From Candidatus Iainarchaeum sp. (GTDB lineage Archaea; Iainarchaeota; Iainarchaeia; Iainarchaeales; 0-14-0-20-30-16), in contig CAIWXP010000100.1 of assembly GCA_903916665.1 (NCBI GenBank), forward strand, positions 1-6,063: a stretch of DNA of 6,063 nucleotides. The letters run 5' to 3'. The notes beneath the pieces are model-generated. The model saw only the letters and a list, made by a program, of their open reading frames with translations, had not been told where the DNA came from and ran no database searches. Positions 1 to 4,755 of this stretch are shown one piece after another (the stretch's first letter is position 1; every line of letters begins with the position of its first letter). Position numbers and translations under genes: made by a program.

Positions 1-1929
1 AATTAAAAAGAACACCAATATCATTGATAACAAAATAAATAAATTTAAGCACAGTCCAACAATACCTAAAATAAATCCTGCCTTTGATAATGATGTTTCT
101 TTTGTTTGTTTTTGGATTATACTAAATACTAATCCTAGGCCAGACAATATAAAAGCAACATAGGGCATCAAAAATAAAAGAATTCCTAAAATTCCTAATA
201 CTAAACTAACAACACCTTTGGTTTCAGATTTATTTTGTTTACTAGAATCAATTTTTCTTTTTAAAAAGAAATAGGTTAAACCAATTGCTATAATTCCAAT
301 TAATACAGTTATAATAAATATCCATGCAGAAGTTTTTGCTGATCCTGCAGGAGTTGTTCTTTCAATAACTATTGCAAAGTAACTAAAGCTAGGTACTGTG
401 GCAGTATAAATATATCTTCCATAGGAATCTTTTGTTGGATAATATAAAGTTGGTAATGATACCCATTCATTGGTTGTTTCATTATAATGAAGTAACTTAG
501 TTCCTAAAGGTTCTTTGCCAGTTGTAAAATCAAAAACAATTTTTGTATAATAGGGTAATGCGCCATCATCAAAGGGGGCTTTATTTTCAACTTTCAAATA
601 GGATTGAATATCATATTTATCACTTGAAGGTGCGCTCAAAGGAACTCTTGGAACCGCATAGTCAGGATTACCAACAATACCTTTTCCTCCTAAAAGTGGT
701 ACTGCTTTGTTTAGATTAACTTCATCTATTGTTGTTATTTCTAAACCCATATTTTGTAAAGATTTTGCAGCAGTAACAACAACATTTTGTACTATTGATG
801 TGTTTGGAAAATCTACACTTACAGTTTCATTTTGATTTGCATTTATTTTTGCTTTATAATATTTTATATAATCTACAATTTGATCTGCTGTTAAATTTTT
901 ATTTCCAGATAATACATTTTCTAATTCATTATATATTTCACTATCCTTTACACTGGCTTCGTCAACAGAAATATGTTGAATAGGATTTTGGTTTTGAGAA
1001 TCAATTTGATTAAATGGATTATTATTTGTTTGTTGGCCTGTTGTTTGATTAGTATTTTGATTTACATTTTGCTGTGTTTGTTGTTGATTATTACTAACTT
1101 CAGCCTGTTGTTTTTCTTCATATTGTTTATCTAATATATCTTGATAAACATGAAATGCAGCATTTGATGCACGACTTAGTTCTTGTTCTGCTAATAATAT
1201 ATCAAACCATTTTTGACATCCTGCAATACCTGCATCAAGGCATTTTGACAAATTACCTGTACCTTCTGGAATAATTCCTGCATTTTGACATCCAAATCCA
1301 CATTCATCAGATGGGTAATATCCCGAACTATCTTTTGCAGATAATTCTGAATCTAATTCTTTAATTCTATCTTGATATTCTTGCTGTATATTAGAACACC
1401 CAGATTCGCCGTTATTAGCAATCAAACAATCCAAATAATTTTTATAAAATTCTTGTGCTTCAGTAATTGCAAATTGTGCTTTTACTTTGTTTACTTCACC
1501 ATCACAATTTCCTCCATCAGCCATTAAATTTTTTAAATAACAACAATCGCTTTCTAAACCATATTGTCCAGGATCTTTACAAATTGATTCTATAGTTGGA
1601 CCATTAAATTCATTACTAGATTGATTTTGTTTTTTAGCTAAAGCATCTTTACAAGCTTGAGAATCTCTTGCTCCACTATTATCTGCACCTGGAGTGCCAC
1701 AACATTCTTGTGGATAGCCTTGAGAAATACATTGAGTATAAACATCATTACTTCCTGAATTAGAGATTGCATGGCAAGAACAATCTGGCCATTGAACTGT
1801 ATTTGTTCCACATCCTTGATTACAATTAAAAGATAAATTAGTATCAACAGCAGAAACAAATGATGCTAAAAATATAGTTAAAACAGAAATAATAAAAATA
1901 AAAAATAAGATTATAAATTCCCTTTTCAT
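1..1929 (-). CDS. Partial CDS (C-terminus beyond window start): secreted, membrane-anchored Cys-rich surface protein, paralog of 1926..3425. Carries a PGF-pre-PGF-like beta domain, a TM anchor and DUF4190-like TM hairpins
   Basis: Not in the ORF track. Manual reverse-complement translation from ATG at 1929..1927 gives 643 sense codons with no stop down to position 1. N-terminus MKREFIILFFIFIISVLTIFLASFVSA|VD is a signal peptide. aa 36-93 (nt 1651-1824), CNQGCGTNTVQWPDCSCHAISNSGSNDVYTQCISQGYPQECCGTPGADNSGARDSQAC, aligns with the upstream protein. Q/N-rich linker at aa ~273-318. ...LLHYNETTNEWVSLPTLYYPTKDSYGRYIYTATVPSFSYFAIV resembles the archaeal PGF-pre-PGF domain ending (..W..L.T....Y.Y.A.TPGFS.FAI). 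TM helix AWIFIITVLIGIIAIGLTYFFL followed by KRK, then G-rich TM hairpins (VVSLVLGILGILLFLMPYVAFILSGLGLVFSII...GFILGIVGLCLNLFILLSMI). GGTAAT SD-like motif (1940..1935) lies 5 nt upstream of the ATG. Confidence 0.85.
   Translation of the reverse strand, partial: MKREFIILFFIFIISVLTIFLASFVSAVDTNLSFNCNQGCGTNTVQWPDCSCHAISNSGSNDVYTQCISQGYPQECCGTPGADNSGARDSQACKDALAKKQNQSSNEFNGPTIESICKDPGQYGLESDCCYLKNLMADGGNCDGEVNKVKAQFAITEAQEFYKNYLDCLIANNGESGCSNIQQEYQDRIKELDSELSAKDSSGYYPSDECGFGCQNAGIIPEGTGNLSKCLDAGIAGCQKWFDILLAEQELSRASNAAFHVYQDILDKQYEEKQQAEVSNNQQQTQQNVNQNTNQTTGQQTNNNPFNQIDSQNQNPIQHISVDEASVKDSEIYNELENVLSGNKNLTADQIVDYIKYYKAKINANQNETVSVDFPNTSIVQNVVVTAAKSLQNMGLEITTIDEVNLNKAVPLLGGKGIVGNPDYAVPRVPLSAPSSDKYDIQSYLKVENKAPFDDGALPYYTKIVFDFTTGKEPLGTKLLHYNETTNEWVSLPTLYYPTKDSYGRYIYTATVPSFSYFAIVIERTTPAGSAKTSAWIFIITVLIGIIAIGLTYFFLKRKIDSSKQNKSETKGVVSLVLGILGILLFLMPYVAFILSGLGLVFSIIQKQTKETSLSKAGFILGIVGLCLNLFILLSMILVFFLI
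976..1113 (-). repeat. Low-complexity Q/N-rich coding linker in the downstream paralog
   Basis: aa ~273-318: KQQAEVSNNQQQTQQNVNQNTNQTTGQQTNNNPFNQIDSQNQNPIQ. Occupies the same architectural position as the linker in the upstream paralog. Confidence 0.7.
1656..1705. repeat. Copy 1 of a 50-nt near-identical segment shared by the two paralogous genes
   Basis: Plus strand cttgagaatctcttgctCcactattatctgcacctggAgtGccacaacat matches 3134-3183 at 47/50 positions. Encodes CCGTPGADNSGARDSQ on the minus strand. Confidence 0.85.
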
Positions 1930-3425
1930 TTTTTATTACCTTTCTTATTATAAAATTTATATACTAATCCTGCAACAACCGCAACTATTATTATAACCAA
2001 TAAAACATACCAGCCAGCATTACTTGATGATGTATTTGAATTATTCCCATCATCAAAACCACTTGCTAAAGAATTAAATTGTTCTTGAGATAGAGTACTT
2101 ACTTTTGTTGTACCCTCTTTAGTTACAATTAATGTATTTCCAGCGTCTAAATCTATAACACTGCCTGCCAAAGGAGTAATCTCTAATTTACCTTCATTTA
2201 AATCAATTTCAGAAACATTTGTATCAGAATTATAGCCAAAAACAAATTCTGTTCCCCTTACTGCTAAAACTGCATTTAATGATCTAAATTTTATTGTTCT
2301 ACCTTCTATTTGTTTCATAATAAAAGCTTTTATTGAGCCTGTATTTAATTTCAATCCTGTTTCTGGATTATGAATTTCAAATGATGAATTTGAACCAATA
2401 CTAATAACACTGCCGTCCATCAAAGTTATTTGTATCTTTCCATTTGAACCAGTTTCAATAACATCTCCTTCACTAAGTAAAGAATCCTTTCCAAATACTT
2501 TTGCTTTACCATCTGCACCAATTAATTTTACTTCGCCATTAAAAGAATATACTGCTCCTGTTTTTGGTTTAAAAAAACTATCTGAATTATTAGTGGTTGC
2601 ATTAGTGTTATCTTTATTACTATTAGCAGTAGTTGTATTTGTATTTTGTCCATTAGTTGTATTTGCCTGTGTTGTTTGATCATTATTTTGGTTAGCTGCA
2701 TTTTGTTGTGCAATTTGATCATTTATTTGTTTTTGAGTTGCTGCTTGTTGAGTTGTTTGCCAATCATTTTGAGCATCTTCTTGAGCATTATACAATGCTT
2801 GAATTTTATCACTTAATGGTTTTTTTGCAGCATCACATTGTGCTCTACAACCTGGTTTATCTCCTCCGTTTGCAGCAGTAACAAACCCAGACCAACAATT
2901 ACATATTTGTCCAACAGTTGTTGAATTTTCTCCTTGATTTAAAACTGCTAATTTTTCTTGATAGGGACCTAATACATCTTGATAAATTTGTAAACAATTA
3001 GTTCCTTTTGTGCTTAAACATGAATAATAAGAATTATAAAAAGTTTGTACTTCTGGATCAGAATAGGTTCTATTAGTAGCTGCTGGCTCTGATTGTATTT
3101 CGTTAGACATTGCATTAAAATCTCTAGCACATTCTTGAGAATCTCTTGCTGCACTATTATCTGCACCTGGTGTTCCACAACATGATGCGGGCATACCCAT
3201 TTGTATACACTGAGTATAAACATTATCTGTATTTGGTTCATCTAAAGCATGACAAGTACAGTCTGGCCATTGAATTGTATTTGCAGAACAGGTTTTATTT
3301 TGGGCATTACAAGTAGTAAATCCAGCATTTACTGTGGGAACATTTAACAATAAAAATAACCCTAAAGTAAATAATACAAAAATCAAAAGAATAGTTTTTT
3401 TAACAAAAGCCATTATAATCACCAT
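1926..3425 (-). CDS. Type-I membrane-anchored surface protein: signal peptide, Cys-rich ectodomain, Q/N/T-rich linker, FecR-type domain, C-terminal TM anchor
   Basis: 499-aa ORF in the track. Signal peptide ...TILLIFVLFTLGLFLLLNVPTVNA|GF. Cys-rich module at aa 39-99 (nt 3129-3311). Low-complexity linker at aa ~216-283. aa ~288-420, GAVYSFNGEVKLIGADGKAKVFGKDSLLSEGDVIETGSNGKIQITLMDGSVISIGSNSSFEI...LNTGSIKAFI...FRSLNAVLAVRGTEFVF...IDLNEGKLEI, matches the FecR (PF04773-type) pattern (GD.i.Tg..g.a.l.l.dGS.i.l..nS.l.i ... G ... V.t..a...VRGT.F.v). C-terminal TM WYVLLVIIIVAVVAGLVY followed by basic tail KFYNKKGNKK. An alternative start at ATG 3413 (MAFVKK...) is preceded by a perfect GGTGAT (3423..3418) with a 4-nt spacer, so the true start may be 3413. 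Confidence 0.9.
   Translation of the reverse strand: MVIIMAFVKKTILLIFVLFTLGLFLLLNVPTVNAGFTTCNAQNKTCSANTIQWPDCTCHALDEPNTDNVYTQCIQMGMPASCCGTPGADNSAARDSQECARDFNAMSNEIQSEPAATNRTYSDPEVQTFYNSYYSCLSTKGTNCLQIYQDVLGPYQEKLAVLNQGENSTTVGQICNCWSGFVTAANGGDKPGCRAQCDAAKKPLSDKIQALYNAQEDAQNDWQTTQQAATQKQINDQIAQQNAANQNNDQTTQANTTNGQNTNTTTANSNKDNTNATTNNSDSFFKPKTGAVYSFNGEVKLIGADGKAKVFGKDSLLSEGDVIETGSNGKIQITLMDGSVISIGSNSSFEIHNPETGLKLNTGSIKAFIMKQIEGRTIKFRSLNAVLAVRGTEFVFGYNSDTNVSEIDLNEGKLEITPLAGSVIDLDAGNTLIVTKEGTTKVSTLSQEQFNSLASGFDDGNNSNTSSSNAGWYVLLVIIIVAVVAGLVYKFYNKKGNKK
2577..2780 (-). repeat. Low-complexity Q/N/T-rich coding linker (CAA/AAT/ACA-rich) in the FecR-domain protein
   Basis: aa ~216-283: EDAQNDWQTTQQAATQKQINDQIAQQNAANQNNDQTTQANTTNGQNTNTTTANSNKDNTNATTNNSDS. 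Contains N-x-S/T sequons (NTT twice, NAT, NNS). Confidence 0.7.
3134..3183. repeat. Copy 2 of the 50-nt near-identical segment
   Basis: Plus strand cttgagaatctcttgctGcactattatctgcacctggTgtTccacaacat. Encodes CCGTPGADNSAARDSQ on the minus strand. A second conserved patch is gcatgRcaagWacaRtctggccattgaaYtgtatttg at ~1768-1805 versus ~3247-3284 (QWPDCxCHA region). Confidence 0.85.
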
Positions 3426-3443
3426 ATGTTAGATATTATTTCA

Positions 3444-3451
3444 ATTTAAAT
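3444..3451 (-). promoter_or_regulatory. TATA-like box for the two-gene Cys-rich surface-protein operon
   Basis: Palindromic ATTTAAAT lies 19-26 nt upstream of ATG 3425 on the minus strand, preceded by purine-rich AAAAGATAA (BRE-like position). Confidence 0.35.
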
Positions 3452-3483
3452 AATTATCTTTTCTTAAAAATCAAAATTAAATC

Positions 3484-3501
3484 AGAATTTTTTGAAATTC
3501 T
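3484..3501. promoter_or_regulatory. Inverted repeat AGAATTT-tttg-AAATTCT in the divergent promoter region (possible operator)
   Basis: 7-bp perfect arms (3484-3490 / 3495-3501) with a 4-nt spacer, ending 1 nt upstream of the 3503-3510 TATA-like box. Overlaps an imperfect tandem 11-mer: AATCAAAATTA (3469-3479) / AATCAGAATTT (3480-3490). Confidence 0.25.
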
Positions 3502-3502
3502 A

Positions 3503-3510
3503 TTTTTAAA
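3503..3510 (+). promoter_or_regulatory. TATA-like box for the methyltransferase-fold/GNAT/uL11-like gene string
   Basis: TTTTTAAA sits at -29..-22 relative to ATG 3532, with no SD-like motif. A second TATA-like run (TTATATATA, 3521-3529) abuts the ATG, which makes the assignment ambiguous in this AT-rich DNA. Confidence 0.4.
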
Positions 3511-3531
3511 TGTATATTCCTTATATATACT

Positions 3532-4260
3532 ATGGCAACAATAAAACCAAGAGAATTAAGAAAAATTGAAAGAATAAAACCTAGTGGCGACATTAGAGAT
3601 ATAATTGAACGAGATCATAGAGAATCTCGATGGACTAGATTAGGAACTGTTAATAGATTTAAAGAAATATTTATTGATGATTTGGATTTAAAACCCATAA
3701 TAAATTTGTTAAAATTAAGAAAGAAAAACCCAAATGTTTTATTTTTGGGTGCAGGTCAAGGAGACGACATAGTAACATTAAATCATTTATTATCTTTTGC
3801 AAAACTCGAACCTAATTATGATGTTTTAAGCGTTACTAAAAAATTATCTCGGGAAGCTAGGGCAATAGTTAGAAAAGATTTATCGGGTAATTTTGCTTTA
3901 GAAAATGTAATCGCAGATCCTGAAAAATATGTAGAACTAATATCACAAATAAAAGGAAAGTATGATTTAATTATGGCATCATTAAGTATTGGTATTTATA
4001 CTAATTGGCCAGATAGAAATGCATTTGCAACTGCTTTAATGTTGGGGCCAGAAGGAGAGGCCTATATTACCGTTGATTCCACTGGAATTAATCAAAATCC
4101 TAGATTTGGTTTTGAAAACATTAAAAGATTTATTGAATTGGCAAAAAGAGCATATAACAAAAAAAATAAAACTAATTTGAACTTTGAAGTAACTCTAATT
4201 CCTGAAACTAATACAACTATTGTTGGTACATATTACATTTGTATTAAAAGAACCGCTTAA
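3532..4260 (+). CDS. Hypothetical protein with a class-I (Rossmann-fold) SAM-dependent methyltransferase-like core
   Basis: 242-aa ORF. Motif I-like VLFLGAGQGDD (aa 69-79, nt 3736-3768) resembles hh(D/E)hGxGxG. A later YDLIMASLSIG resembles the fDlIvs...l strand of motif III/IV. The usual acidic residue after beta-2 is not obvious (YDVLSVTKK), so catalytic competence is uncertain. The charged N-terminal ~60 aa has no recognisable motif. A TATA-like box sits at -29..-22. Confidence 0.75.
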   Translation: MATIKPRELRKIERIKPSGDIRDIIERDHRESRWTRLGTVNRFKEIFIDDLDLKPIINLLKLRKKNPNVLFLGAGQGDDIVTLNHLLSFAKLEPNYDVLSVTKKLSREARAIVRKDLSGNFALENVIADPEKYVELISQIKGKYDLIMASLSIGIYTNWPDRNAFATALMLGPEGEAYITVDSTGINQNPRFGFENIKRFIELAKRAYNKKNKTNLNFEVTLIPETNTTIVGTYYICIKRTA

Positions 4261-4305
4261 ATGGGTTTTTATTCCTTTTGTAGTTTATTTTATTATTGAT
4301 TTATT

Positions 4306-4743
4306 ATGGTGTCTAAATTACAATTAGTAAAAACTAAAGATTTTAAAGAAATTGCTAAAATATATTGTAATGAATTCTCTAAAGACCCTTATAATGAAAA
4401 GTGGACTAATTCTATTGCATTAAAGCGATTAAAAAGTTATTCTAAATTTTGTGATATGTGGAAATTAGTCTTAGATAAAGAAATAATAGGATTTTTTGTA
4501 ATGAATACCAGTAGATGGTTTCCTAAACTAGTTTGCTTTGGAGAAGAACAAGCAATAGAATCAAAATATCAAAATAAAGGCTATGGAAAATATATGCTAA
4601 ATAAATTATTTGAAATATACAAAAAGAAAGGTTATAAGTATTATATGGGCATTGTTAATGTTAAAGGCAAAGCATTAAAATTAAATAAATCTATTGGAGT
4701 AAAAACATCAAAAGAAAATATATTAATTGAAAAAATGTTATAA
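4306..4743 (+). CDS. GNAT-family N-acetyltransferase
   Basis: 145-aa ORF. Canonical acetyl-CoA-binding motif A, Q-x-x-G-x-G, is present as QNKGYG (aa 89-94, nt 4570-4587) within AIESKYQNKGYGKYMLNKLFEIYKKKGYKY (beta4-alpha3 pattern). Size is typical of single-domain GNATs. TTGAT (4296-4300) lies 5 nt upstream of the ATG. Tandem stops TAA TAG. Confidence 0.85.
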   Translation: MVSKLQLVKTKDFKEIAKIYCNEFSKDPYNEKWTNSIALKRLKSYSKFCDMWKLVLDKEIIGFFVMNTSRWFPKLVCFGEEQAIESKYQNKGYGKYMLNKLFEIYKKKGYKYYMGIVNVKGKALKLNKSIGVKTSKENILIEKML

Positions 4744-4755
4744 TAGTTGATAACT

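Noticed and set aside
795-983. 62-aa plus-strand ORF from the track (MMCLENLHLQFHF...)
   Set aside because: It lies antisense within the 643-codon minus-strand gene, starts at TTG, and has an F/L/H/Y-rich composition typical of the reverse frame of Q/N/K-rich coding DNA. No motifs are present.
1638-1859. 73-aa minus-strand ORF from the track
   Set aside because: It is an off-frame overlap of the real 1..1929 gene. Its similarity to the 3014..3241 ORF (VALQVQIIVEQEILK versus VEHQVQIIVQQEILK) only reflects the near-identical nucleotide patches of the true paralogs read in the wrong frame.
2528-2722. 64-aa minus-strand ORF from the track
   Set aside because: It is an alternative frame of the low-complexity CAA/AAT/ACA linker. 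Simple-sequence DNA stays open in several frames, and there is no independent support.
976-2780. Repetitive CAA/AAT tracts considered as CRISPR, a tandem-repeat locus or a mobile-element remnant
   Set aside because: There is no regular repeat-spacer periodicity, no terminal inverted repeats and no transposase or integrase. The tracts sit in frame inside long ORFs and encode Q/N/T linkers.
3014-3241. 75-aa minus-strand ORF from the track
   Set aside because: It is an off-frame overlap inside the 1926..3425 gene, with the same explanation as for 1638..1859.
1926-3425. FecR domain interpreted as a classic FecI/FecR anti-sigma signalling system
   Set aside because: There is no ECF sigma or TonB-dependent receptor gene in the window. 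The topology is reversed, with virtually no cytoplasmic domain, and the other signals point to an archaeon, which would lack sigma factors.
4261-4305. Independent promoter or terminator between the methyltransferase-fold and GNAT genes (GGGTTTTTATTCCTTTTG, TTTATTTTA)
   Set aside because: The oligo-T runs are short and the TATA-like run sits at -21..-13, the wrong offset compared with the other promoters here. I cannot distinguish read-through from re-initiation by eye, so I made no feature call.
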